NCBI RefSeq assembly: GCF_006345805.1
Contig: NC_043001.1
Span: 125,550,001-125,614,000 of the forward strand
Source: Octopus sinensis
Lineage: Eukaryota
DNA length: 64,000 nucleotides
Direction: 5' to 3'
Part shown: positions 49,801 through 61,776 of the stretch, in pieces
How positions within the stretch are numbered: position 1 is the stretch's first letter
How the letters are laid out: the number at the start of each line of letters is the position of its first letter
Translations under genes and position numbers: made by a program
The notes under the pieces: generated by a model
Seen by the model: only the letters and a program-made list of their open reading frames with translations
What the model was told of the DNA's origin: nothing
Database searches by the model: none

Positions 49801-52379
49801 ATAAAAGAAAAAAGTTCAAGTATTCTTCACTAAATTTCAGACTTTGCTGTTCCAAGTCTTGCATGATGTTGTCTTCACCATTTCGAATTCTAATTTGTAT
49901 TGGATTCTTTTTGGTTTGAATGTCAACAATAGACTATTGCTTGTACTTAGTATTGTGTAATGTCCCAGTTCAGTTATTCAATAATGTGATAGGTCATGTG
50001 TAAGACTTGTTTCCATTGGTGTGTCTATTGAAAACTGGGTTAGTTTCTTTTTTTTTCCTTATTTTTTTACAATGATATTTTTCTGTTATTTTCTTCAAGT
50101 TATTATTCCACTAAAACTGTTTTCCTTTTTTTTTTTTTTTTTTGTGTATTGTCTATTTCATTGTTGTTTTTGGACACTACACTTAATTCTATACACTTCA
50201 ATTCATGTGGCTGTTGGGAATAGACACTACATCATCTGGCAATGTTATTTGAGATAAACCAATACCAGTAACATATCAAGTTGCTCAGAGATAATTTATA
50301 TCTCATCTTCCATTTTTTTATAATCCAAGCAAGTGATAGTGATAGATTAAGTCTACCATCCATGAAACCGCAGTTTGGCAGCAGCCCTTGAAGACAGTAA
50401 AGTACAAATTTTTTAAATCTCCTTCCTCTGAGATTAGAAGCCATATACTGTAAAACTCCAAAACATAGCACTTCTCATTACATTTACTAAAATCAAGATT
50501 AAAATTAGGGGTGCAGAAAATAATATAGTTTTTAAGCTGCTAAATTTTACCCTATCAACATTTATTAACCCTTTAGCACAGGGGTCAGGTAACCAGGGTA
50601 AATTACTCCAAGTGGGATAAAAATGAAATTCTTGGGGGTAATGAGGATTCATTTGACATAAGTAAAATTATATACAAAACGTATTCCTTGTTACAACAGA
50701 AATTTTTCTTCTGGCAACACTGCATCTGTCCAATGTAATGAATGTGTAAGTAAATGCATATAAATAGATTCAATAAAATAGATTCATTAAACCTTTTCAA
50801 TTCAAAGAATCTATGATTTTCTTCCTATCAAATCAAGAAGGTAACATCAACATAGATAAATATATTTTTGGTAGTTGGTTAAAAAAAGTTCCCCGACCCC
50901 TGCTTTAGCATTCAGATTTTATTGTCAAAGATAATGCTTATTTATTCAGTTTTGAATTAATCACGTATTATAACTCATAGCTTTAAGATTTTGATGAGGT
51001 GGCTGTTTATTCTTAGAATGATATTGTAGTGTAGAGTGTGAGAGGCTAAATCTGGCCAATCTGAACATAAAAACTGGTTGAAATTTTGGCCAGATATAGC
51101 TAGTTTAAATGCTAAAGGGTTAAAGAAAAACACAATAATGTAATCAAAATGATCCCTTACTATACTTTTAGTTTTATAAAAAGACAGCAAGCTAACTGAA
51201 CCATTAAAGTATTGGTAAAATAACTGCTTTTGATATTTGTTCTGGCTCTTTACATCTGAGTTTGAATTTTACTAAGGTCAACTTTGTCATTCAGCCTGTC
51301 AGGGTCAATAAAATAAAGTACCAATCAAGTACCAGAGTCAATAGTATCAACTAACATCTTCCCCTCAAAATTCTGGCCTTATGCCTAAATCAGAAATCAA
51401 TATTTTTTTTTGATTATTTCTATTTGTTAATTTTTTGTTTATTTTATGCCCCACCCTTTTTGTGTGTTTGTGTGTCTGTGTGTCTGTGTGTGTGTGCTGG
51501 CATTAGTTATGTTGCAATATGAGTTTGTATAAAATGAAATATTGCTTTCACGTTTCGGCACAAGGCCAGCTATTTCAAGGGAGGAACCAAGTTTATTACT
51601 TTGACCCCAGCGCTTAACAATTACTTACTTTATCAACACCGAAAGGATGAAAGGTAAAGTTGCTCTCAGTGGGATTTGAACTCAAAATCAGATGAAATGC
51701 CACTAAGCATTTTGTCCAGTTTGCTACTGATTCTGCCAGCTCACTGTATATTTTAGTAGATTCCTCTTCTAGCAATTGTGCCACATTACATTTTGAACAA
51801 AGTGCTGCAGGTTTTTAAGATAATTTAGGCCAAAATCGAGGTTTATCTTATCCATAGTTGCATATTATATACACATGGGCTTTTACAATATAACATTTTC
51901 ATTCTTTGTTTTTCTCCAGTTGATTAGTGAGATTTTATGGTTAGGCACTTGCTTCCCAATCACATTGTTCCAAGTTCAGTCCCACTGCCTGGCACCTTAG
52001 GCAAGTGTCTTCTACTATAGCCTCAAGGCAACCAAAGCCTTGTGAGTGGATTTGGTAGACAGAAACTGAAAGAAGTCCATCGTGTGTGTGTCTATGTTTT
52101 TCCCTACCTACCACCAACACCACTGCTTGACAACTGGTGTTGGCATGTTTACATCCCCATGACTTAGCAGTCTGGCCAAAGAGACCAATAGAATAAGTAT
52201 CAGGCTTAAAAAAAATAAATGCTGGGGTCAATTTTATGATGATTGTTTAGGCAGTGGTTCCCAACTGGGGGATCACAGACCCCTGGTTGTCCACAAAGGT
52301 AGTGCTGGGAGTCTGTGAACTAAATTCAAAATGTGTGTGTGTGTGTGTGTGTGTGTGTATAATTATTATTATTATTATA

Positions 52380-52416
<37 letters not shown>

Positions 52417-52432
52417 GTATTATCATCATTAT

Positions 52433-53088
52433 ATAAAAACTCACAGCTTATTTTGCTGGGTATAATGGAAAGTGTCAGCTGTCCACAGCCAGCAGAGTAA
52501 AGTGACACTTATTTACTGGTCATGCTTCAAGAACCCTGCGAAGAATTCTTGCAGTTCCAAGCAATGCATTTTGTAGATTTATACCTTCACACTTGTACCG
52601 ATCTTATTCAGCCATGTTGGTAGTTGAGTGTTGATACTTCCAGGTGCACCAATTACTATTGGAATCACATCTACTCTCTTCATTCACCACAACCTTTGTA
52701 TTTCCTACTTTAAATCATGGTTGTTTTTTTTTTTGCCTTCTTCTTTCACATTGATCCTGCTGTCACTGGGGCATGCTATGTCAATAATTATACATGTTCT
52801 TTCTTTTTTAATCACCACAACAATGTCTGATTTCCTATGTCTGGTCAGGTGATCACACTGAATCATTTCATTCCACTGGATTTTGCAATTCTCATTTTCA
52901 GTGACTCCTTCTGGGGTTTGTTTATACCACGTCTTTGCTCTTTGTAGGCCATGATTTCCACAGAGCTCCCAATGGATCATTCTTGCCACATTGTCATGAC
53001 GTCATTTGTATTGACGTTGTGCCATACCATTTCACTCCTCACACATTCTGCATTTATCACTATTGGTAGTGTTGTCAATTCTACACTT
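52433..53088 (-). mobile_element. R4/Dong-like non-LTR retrotransposon 3' fragment (restriction-like endonuclease domain)
   Basis: RHDNVARMIHWELC zinc-knuckle remnant, then HRKSDIVVVIKKERTCIIIDIACPSD (PD..D endonuclease pattern) and ALLGTARILRRVLEA*. (TAA)n on both sides. Confidence 0.85.
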
Positions 53089-53121
53089 CATTTATTATTA
53101 TTATTATCATTATTATTATTA

Positions 53122-53172
<51 letters not shown>

Positions 53173-53195
53173 TATTATTATTATTATTATTATTC

Positions 53196-53345
53196 AGTAG
53201 TTTTATTTTTATAGCGTACTTTCACTTCACTACCGAGCGCAGCTCTGTGTGCCTTGGGTATGTGCTGTGATTTGTTGTGACACTCTGATTAGTAGTGCAA
53301 TTTTCTGTATGTTATATGTGTTTGTAAGTCCTGGTGTTTTTGTTA
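53196..53345 (-). mobile_element. 3' end of a second R4/Dong-like family
   Basis: Minus strand reads TYNIQKIALL.. followed by a UTR; sits between two (ATT)n arrays. Confidence 0.55.
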
Positions 53346-53356
53346 TGTATTATTAT

Positions 53357-53403
<47 letters not shown>

Positions 53404-53614
53404 GTCACTGTGGTGGATTGGCAGAATCGTAAGGGTGTTAGGAAAAAATGTTTTGTAACATTTGTTCCAAATTTTTATATTTTGAGTCCAAACTCTGCCG
53501 AGTTCATGTTTGCCTTTCATCCCTTTGGGAGGAATGGTATCAACTAACCTCATTCTCCTTAAAATTGCTGGCTTTTTAATAATTTTTTAATATTATTTCT
53601 CTTCTTTCTTGCAG

Positions 53615-53763
53615 ATGTACTCATATAACCGACATAGGAGTGGGTTACTTATCTACGATGACATCATTGATCAAACTCTACCTAAGGTGGTGTACACAGG
53701 TGCGAGATTATGGTCTTCAACATTTGTATTCTATGAGAAATCTGCGGTTGTTATCTTTGGCAG
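53615..53763 (+). CDS. FBXL16: Internal coding exon of F-box/LRR-repeat protein 16 (C-terminal LRRs)
   Basis: Polypyrimidine tract plus AG acceptor (ttctcttctttcttgcag) and GT donor (gcag|gtaagc). Length 149 nt, phase 2 to phase 1. Translates as (R)[49 protein letters not shown](G), matching from memory the FBXL16 segment [52 protein letters not shown] found no other FBXL16 exon in the window. Confidence 0.92.
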
Positions 53764-53929
53764 GTAAGCTCTCAATGTTCCATCACTAAACATACATCTT
53801 GTCATCTTAAACATCTTTTATTGCAATATCATCCCTATTTTGGCATCATGTCATGAGGAAGGGGAAACACACTGGTTCATCATCATTTTTACATTCATTT
53901 TTCTTCACATTTGCATGGGTTAAGTTAAG

Positions 53930-54290
53930 TTAAGTTAATTTTTTGGCTCAAAAAGCAAAAAGCAAGGCCATGTAGGGGGACATGGAGTTATGTACAGGGA
54001 GGGTGTTCATGCAAAGAGTTCAGGCCATTTCTGGTCAAGGGAGACTTTGAACCGAGCAGTCGTCGGCATCTTCACTATCTCGTCCGGCAGCTTATTCCAC
54101 GGATCCGCAACCCGGACAGAGAAAGCCCCTCTCCTTTGATTGAGATGAAATCGTCGCAGATAGAGCTTTTCAGAGTGACCCCGCAGTCGACGCTCTGGAG
54201 CAGGAGTGAAGAACAGCTCTTTCGAGAGGTTACACTTTCCGCTTATGATGTTGTGAGCAAGAATGAGATCACCACGGCGTCAGCGTTTTT
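53930..54290 (-). mobile_element. CR1-clade LINE 3' fragment
   Basis: Reverse complement of about 18225-18590 with few differences. Confidence 0.88.
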
Positions 54291-54477
54291 TAGATGAGTC
54301 CTTTCCAACTTGTCGGGTTAGATGAGTCCTTTCCAACTCAACTTCCTAACACTTGTCACATACCTTTGTAATCTCCTTTATGAAGTTCAACATCCCAAGG
54401 TTAGTTTTCCCACTTCTGCTCATGACCTCCTCGGTCTTCCTCTTCTATGCTTTCCTTCCTCCTAAATCTCCTACCAT

Positions 54478-54885
54478 ATACTCTTTTACTCTTTTACTTG
54501 TTTCAGTCATCTGACTGCGGCCATGATGGAGCACCACCTTTACTCGAGCAAATCGACCCCGGGACTTATTCTTTGTAAGCCCAGTATTTATTCTATCGGT
54601 CTCTTTTGCCGAACCGCTAAGTGACGGGGAGGTAAACACACCAGCATCGGTTGTCAAGCAATGCTAGGGGGACAAACACAGACACACAAACATACACACA
54701 CACATATATATATATACATACATATATACGACAGGCTTCTTTCAGTTTCTGTCTATCAAACCCACTCACAAGGCATTGGTTGGCCCAGGGCTATAGCAGA
54801 AAACACTTGCCCAAGATGCCATGCAGTGTGACTGAACTCGGAACTATGTGGTTGGTAAGCAAGCTACTTACCACACAGCCACTCC
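54478..54885 (-). mobile_element. SINE family A
   Basis: Full-length copy about 0.7 kb downstream of the exon. Confidence 0.88.
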
Positions 54886-56179
54886 TATATTTTTATTCCT
54901 TGTCTATGTAATTTTTTTTAATGTATCCTATTCTCTACCTGCTGGTAGATTATGATACAAATTGTTGTTTGATATTGAATCTGTTGATAAACATGTGGTT
55001 TCCATTTTGAATGAATATTGCTTAGAGCCTACATATTCTACTAGAAATGGTTTTTGATGAAATAGTTTTATTCTTGTTGGTTGTCTGAATGAAAGTGCTG
55101 TACCAATAGCCTGTGCAGGCCCTCCGAGACCAGTGAGACTGATGTTGTCAACAGATGTGAAAAGGGCAGTATAAAAACCAAAGTGTTACCAGCAATGTGT
55201 GAACAAAAAGATTTAGACCACCCATTTGTCTTTTTAAAACAAATATCCAATGTAAATATTAACGCCATTGACAACAACATTGACAAATTATGGATACATG
55301 ATGGTAAAATAGTTGAACTTTTGCCTTGCCCCAATATGACAGGTCATGGAAACTTTAGTTTGACAAGGAACTTTGACTTACATAATGCTATGAATTAAAT
55401 TTAATAACTTTATTTTGCTTTTGCTTTATTTTGGTGTTTAGTTAAATCAAATTGGTTGTGATTAACATTCTTTGTGATATTTTAATGTGAACTGGACAAG
55501 TTACAGAATATTTTTGAGAGTATCAGTGCACCTTTCATGTTTTTTGTGCAATGTTGCATATGTACCGCCTGACTGGCCCTCATGCCGGTGGCACGTAAAA
55601 GCACCCACTACACTCTCAGAGTAGTTGGCATTAGGAAGGGCATCCAACTGTAGAAACTCTGCTAGATCAGATTGGAGCCTGGTGCAGCCATCTGGTTCGC
55701 CAGACCTCAGTCAAATCGTCCAACCCATTCTAGCATGGAAAGCGGACATTAAACAATGATGATGATGATGATGACGACGATGACGACCACGACGATGACG
55801 ACAACGATGACACTATGTCACAAAGGATTACGGTCATCAATATCAATTCAAATTTCAGTTTGACTGTTTACTTTCACAATTTCATTTTTACAAATGTAGC
55901 AATTGTTTTCAATTTAAACCAGTGTCTGAGGAAAAATACTTTCAGAGAACTTTGCTTTGAAACATGCTTGGTACAAAACAACAGATTTTTGCATGTAACA
56001 TCTGGAACACAATTTGTTTGTCAAAAAGATACACTTTAACTCCTGATCAATAAAATTTTGTTGTGAATTGTAACCCACCCTCTCTTCTATTCACACATAC
56101 ATTTTCAACATATCAGGTTTGTTCTTTATGGGGAAATTAAGTATTTTGTCCACCACATGTTACATCCTGAACTTATAGA

Positions 56180-56757
56180 ATGGCCCATCATCATATTACA
56201 AACCCCTTAAATATGAGCAGTTTGCAGCTAAAGCCCTCAGATTTGTTCTAATTATTGGATCATATTCTCACAAAGGATCTCCTCTGAATTCCATCTTAAA
56301 GATTGGTCCTTCTCTTCAGTCCCACCCAGAAAATATTACAGCCCATAATGCTTATTGATACTCTACAAAGCCTGGGTGAGGCCAAATATGGAATATTCGC
56401 CCCACATCTAGAATGGTACTGCTACAATACACCTGAGTGACTGGCATAAAATCACACACAAAAGTACTTGTTTCAGGTTCACAGGCATTCTCTCTGTTCA
56501 CTCTCTATCTTTCCTACCACTTCTGTAATGACGTCTGGTTTTGAAGTTACTTGGTCTCATGCCACATCCTCTCAATCATTCCTGACTCCTTCATCTCTCT
56601 CTTCCTCTCATCACTTATGCTGAATCCAACCTCACCTCTGACTCAGCACTAACTGTTTATTCCTATTCATTCCTTCACTATCTGTTAACTATCTGAGATA
56701 CCCTTCTGTTCATGTCTTCCCTACAAATGTTGAATCACATTTTAAACAGAACATAAG
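56180..56757 (+). mobile_element. Old degenerate CR1/L2-like LINE 3' fragment
   Basis: Remnant LYKAWVRPNMEYSPHI motif with many stops. Confidence 0.5.
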
Positions 56758-56985
56758 AATTTGGCATTAGAAAGGGCATCCAGCCATAGAAACCATGTCA
56801 CAGCAGACAGTTGGATCCCAGACAGCTTTCTGCTAGCCAGATCCATGTCAAATCGTCCAACCCATGCCAGCATGGAGAGCAGATGTTAAACAGTGATGAT
56901 GATGATGATGATGATTAACAACATGAATCTCACTGGTTTCAGAGGGTCTGCATAGGCTATGGGTACTGCACTTTCATTCAGACAT

Positions 56986-57397
56986 ACTCTTTTACTCTTT
57001 TACTTGTTTCAGTCATTTTGACTGCGGCCATGCTGGAGCACCGCCTTTAGTCGAGCAAATCGACCCCGGGACTTATTCTTTGTAAGCCTAGTACTTATTC
57101 TATCGGTCTCTTTTGGTGAACTGCTAAGTGACGGGGACGTAAACACACTAGCATCGGTTGTCAAGCAATGCTAGGGGGACAAACACAGACACACAAACAC
57201 ACAAACACACACACACACATATATATACATATATACGACAGGCTTCTTTCATTTTCCGTCTACCAAATCCACTCACAAGGCATTGGTCGGCCCGGGGCTA
57301 TAGCAGAAGACACTTGCCCAAGATGCCACGCAGTGGGACTGAACCCGGAACCATGTGGTTGGTTAGCAAGCTACTTACCACACAGCCACTCCTGCGC
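56986..57397 (-). mobile_element. SINE family A
   Basis: Full-length copy. Confidence 0.88.
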
Positions 57398-58720
57398 CTA
57401 GTTACACAAGTTACTCCTGCGCCTAGTTACACAAGTTACTCCTGCACCTAGTTACACAAGTTACACAACCAAACCAAAATAATGCTATTTCATCCAAAAC
57501 CATATCTAGTAGAATATGTAGGTTCTAAGCAAGCTTTATTCTAGATGGAAACCATATATTCAACAACAGATTCAATGTCAAACAATTTCTATTGTAATCT
57601 ACCACCAAGTAGAGCATACGATACGTTAAGAAAAATTACACAGGCAAGAAAGAATAGTACCTGGACGACATTTGCATTGGCAAATAGGAGAAACAGATAT
57701 ATACTGGAAAAAAGATCAATAAAATTTAAATGAAGGGAAAAATTTATGTTAATGTTTAACACTGGGGATTGAAGAAGGACAAATACAGGCGAAATATTCG
57801 CATATACATGGAACAATACAAATCAGTATTTGTTTGACAACATGAGCTTTTGCCGAGGAGACAATGTTTATGTAGATGACTTTTCAGCAACAAGAAAAGT
57901 ATACATTCCAGTAGAAGTATCTTGTGTATACAGAAAACAATTTTTGGACATTGATTATGAAAGAGATCTTGGAAAATATAGCATCATCTACCAGCAGAAA
58001 ATATAAAGAAAAATTGTGCAAAACACAAATGCAGATTCAAACTTTGTAACTGTCAGATATATGTGTTAGATAGCATGATTATGCTTGCAGACTAATTTAT
58101 ATCATTACAATGGAATATTTAAGCAAAGTAGAATTTGAATAAATTGGTAGGTCTGCCCGGACTGGTGAGACAGTTGCAGTTGATGTTCAGCTATACATTC
58201 AGACATGCATGTACACACATATACACACACACATACACACCGTCTTTTATCTTTTATTTGTTTCAGCCATTAGACTGTGGCCATGCTGGGGCACTGCCTT
58301 TAAGAATTTTTAATCGAATGAATCAATCCCTGTGTTTGTTTTCTTTTTTTAAGCCTGATACTTATTTTATCAGTCTCTTTTGCCAAACCACAAAGTTATG
58401 GAGACATAAACACACCAACATTAGTTGTCAATCAGGTGAGGGTGGGGGACAAACACAGACACAAAGATGCACACACATAGATATGTATGATGAGCTTCTT
58501 TCAGTTTCCACCTACCAAATCCATTCACAAGACTCTGGTCAGCTCAAGGCTATTGCAGAAGGCTCTTGCCCAAGGTGCCACACAGTGGGACTGCACTCAA
58601 AACCATGTGGTTGGGAAAGCAAACTTCTTACCACACAACCATGCCTGAGCCTATATATATATATTTTTTTTATTTTATTTAGTTTCAGCTCACAAGCTGT
58701 GGCCATGCTGGGGCACCGCC

Positions 58721-59055
58721 ATTTGATTCCAACATCACCATCAAAATACAGGACCAGATATTGCAACATTTGGGTTTCAGAGGACCACAGCTCTTCAACA
58801 TCTTCCCTAAATGCCTGAGAGACTTGCATGGTGTGGATGTGGGTTTCTTTAAAACTAAACTGGATCTCTTCTTGTCGGGGATCCCAGATGAACCTACCTC
58901 TTGGCAGGAGACACAGATGCGGACAACGGCATCGAACTCCCTTGTTGATCAAGTGCCACATATCAGAGGTGGTTTCACATACTAGTGTAGCTCATTCAAC
59001 AGTGGTGCCCCAGCATGGCCGCAGCCTTCGGGCTGAAACATTTTTAAGGATTTAA
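58721..59055 (+). mobile_element. CR1-clade LINE 3' fragment with intact 3' stem-loop tail
   Basis: Encodes LGFRGPQLFNIFPKCLRDL..FKTKLDLFLSGIPDEP..SNSLVDQ*, then GGTGCCCCAGCATGGCCGCAGCCTTCGGGCTGAAAC and (TTTAAGGA)n. Confidence 0.82.
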
Positions 59056-59203
59056 GGATTTATATATATATATAAAGAGATACAGAGGGAAAGAGAATAT
59101 ATAGCTATTTATTATGAATGTATATACAATTAAGTGGGAAAAAGATTGAATATAATAGAGTAGGCTAGGGTAAAATTTATTCACAGTTAGCAAATAAAAA
59201 CAA

Positions 59204-59390
59204 AGGGTATCGCAAAAGGCCTGGTTGGAGGTCCAACCTTCCTAGTTCTTTTGCAGGGCTTAGAAAAACTGAAGGGCCACTGCATTAAGTGTGTGAATCT
59301 GAGAGGGGAATATGTTCAATAAAATCATAATTAACTGATCCTCCTGTATTTTTTTTTACCTAAAACCAGGAACTTTTCAGCACCCCTTCA
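59204..59390 (+). mobile_element. mariner 3' end fragment
   Basis: Transposase C-terminal remnant (KCVNLRGEYV) and TIR CCAGGAACTTTTCAGCACCCCT followed by TA. Same family as 62459-62675. Confidence 0.8.
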
Positions 59391-59945
59391 TACAATCCGT
59401 TTTTGTCATGGTTTCTATAACTGAATGCTGTTCTTAACACCAAATGCTTTACAAAGTGTATCGGGTGCATTCTATCAAGGCTGTAGCTCTAGAGAGGCTC
59501 TCATGTCCTCAGTATGATTAATGGGTCCTTTCAATTTATGCTGTCTCTTCATTCACCAATCACTTTATTGAGTGTACTGAGTGTATTTTTACCATGACAC
59601 CAGCACATGACTTTGACAAGCTGAAAAAGTTTCTCAATTTTCTCCATTGTTTTCATCCATTCACCAACCAATTTACAGAATATGCTGAGTATTTGTTATC
59701 ATGACACCAGTATTAAAGAATTTTCTATTAAGCTAATCAAGACTTAAGAGTCCTCACTGCACTGCACTGCATTGTCTCTGTTTGTTTAAAGCCAAGTGGA
59801 TGAATAGAAGACAGTGAAAACAGAGAGAAAATGAGTGAAAGAGAGAAAGAAGAGAGAGAGAGTAAGACAAGAAAAACAGTGCAATTGTAGAGAGAGGGTG
59901 GTAGGGGAGATTTATCCGTAACCCACATTGTATTGATAGTCTAGT

Positions 59946-60337
59946 GGATGGAAGCACTCCGTCGGTTACGACGATGAGGGTTCCGGTTGATCCGAATCAA
60001 CGGAACAGCCTGCTCATGAAATTAACGTGTAAGTGGATGAGCACTCCACAGACACGTACACCCTTAACGTAGTTCTCAGGGATATTCAGCGTGACACAGA
60101 GAGTGACAAGGCCGGCCCCTTTGAAATACAGGTACAACAGAAACAGAAAGAAAGAGTGAGAGAGAAAGTTGTGGTGAAAGAGTACAGCAGGGATCACCAC
60201 CATCCCCTGCCGGAGCCTCGTGGAGCTTTTAGGTGTTTTCGCTCAATAAACACTCACAACGCCCGGTCTGGGAATCGAAACCGCGATCCTATGACCGCGA
60301 GTCCGCTGCCCTAACCACTGGGCCATTACGCCTCCAC
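59946..60337 (-). mobile_element. tRNA-derived SINE family D
   Basis: Matches 17585-17978; flanked by a 166-bp direct repeat. Confidence 0.9.
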
Positions 60338-60997
60338 GTTTGTTTAAAGCCAAGTGGGTGAATAGAAGACAGTGAAAACAGAGAGAAAATGAGTGAGGGC
60401 GAGAAAGAAGAGAGAGAGAGTAAGACAAGAAAAACAGTGTAATTGTAGTGAGAGGGTGGTGGGGGAGATTTATCCGTAACCCACATTGTATTGATAGTCT
60501 AGTAATTATTGTCTAGCCATCAACAATATACCATTATGTAAATGAGTTATGCCTAGATCACATGTTTGTTTACATTTTAATAAGTAGCCTTCCACTGCTG
60601 TTATATTTTATGATAATTATAAGCAATAATTATATAATGATACTTTACAGTAATTATATATGATAATTATATAAGTCTACAACAGTAAGTTCAAATTTTC
60701 AGACATCCGTTATATATGTGTTTTGTGATTCACCAATATCATCTAAGCAGCACAATATACACTGAATTAGTAATCGCTTTAAACAGTCCTAACCTTGTGC
60801 TAGTATGCAAAAGACATGTCAGTGCCATAATGACATTAGCAAACAATGGTATCGCAAACTAAACAGATAGTTCATGCAGCTTGCTGTATCTATAAGAAAT
60901 TAGATTCCAAAAATTAGATTACAAAAGAGTGTTATTAGGTAATCCAAACAGTACATTTCAAATATAGTAGACTTCTAGAATATATATACTTAGTATA

Positions 60998-61228
60998 AGG
61001 CGGCGAGCTGGCAGAAACGTTAGCGCGCCGGGCGAAATGCGTAGCCGTATTTCGTCTGTCGTTACATTGTGAGTTCAAATTCCGCTGAGGTCGACTTTGC
61101 CTTTCATCCTTTCGGGGTCGATAAATTAAGTACCAGTCATGCACTGGGGTCGATGTAATCGACTTAATCCCTTTGTCTGTCCTTGTTTATCCCCTCTAGG
61201 TTTAGCCCCTTGTGAGTAGTAAAGAAAT
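60998..61228 (+). mobile_element. SINE family B
   Basis: Flanked by a direct repeat of about 17 bp, ATATATATACTTAGTAT. Confidence 0.88.
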
Positions 61229-61556
61229 ATATATATACTTAGTATTAATATCCTTTCTACTATAGGCACAAGGCCTGAAATTTTGGGGGAGGTGGGGGGA
61301 AGTCAATTACATCAACACCAGTGCACAACTGGTACTTATTTCATTGACCCCCAAAAGGATGAAAAGCAAAATTAACCTTGGCAGAAATTGGACACAGAAT
61401 ACTGCTTAGTATTTTGTCTGGTCTGCTAGCAATTTTGCCCGTCTACTGCCTTATTTAGCATTAATATCAAAAACCAATGGTGATGGAAATTAGTTTATGC
61501 AACAGCTACTCTATCTCAGCATCTTGTGAGGGAATGATGAACAAATCTTGATGAAA

Positions 61557-61776
61557 CCCTTTCGTTACCAACCCGGCTGAAACCGGCTCTGCCTCTGAGT
61601 ACAAATGTCTTGTTTTCATAAGTTTTGAATTAAAATCTTCCACCAAACCTTAGTCACAATTTAAGTTCCTAACACCAGCTGAATGATAACTAAATTATTT
61701 TACTAAATTCTTTGTTATAATTAAAGTAATTGAAAGAAACACAGAGCATCTCAAAATAAATACAGTAACGAAAGGG
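61557..61776 (+). mobile_element. piggyBac-type MITE family 2
   Basis: CCCTTTCGTTAC...GTAACGAAAGGG|TTAA. Confidence 0.85.

Noticed and set aside
57545-57990. YLDD/YVDD-like words hinting at a decayed RT
   Set aside because: The motifs are isolated, surrounded by stops, and no other RT motifs are recognisable.
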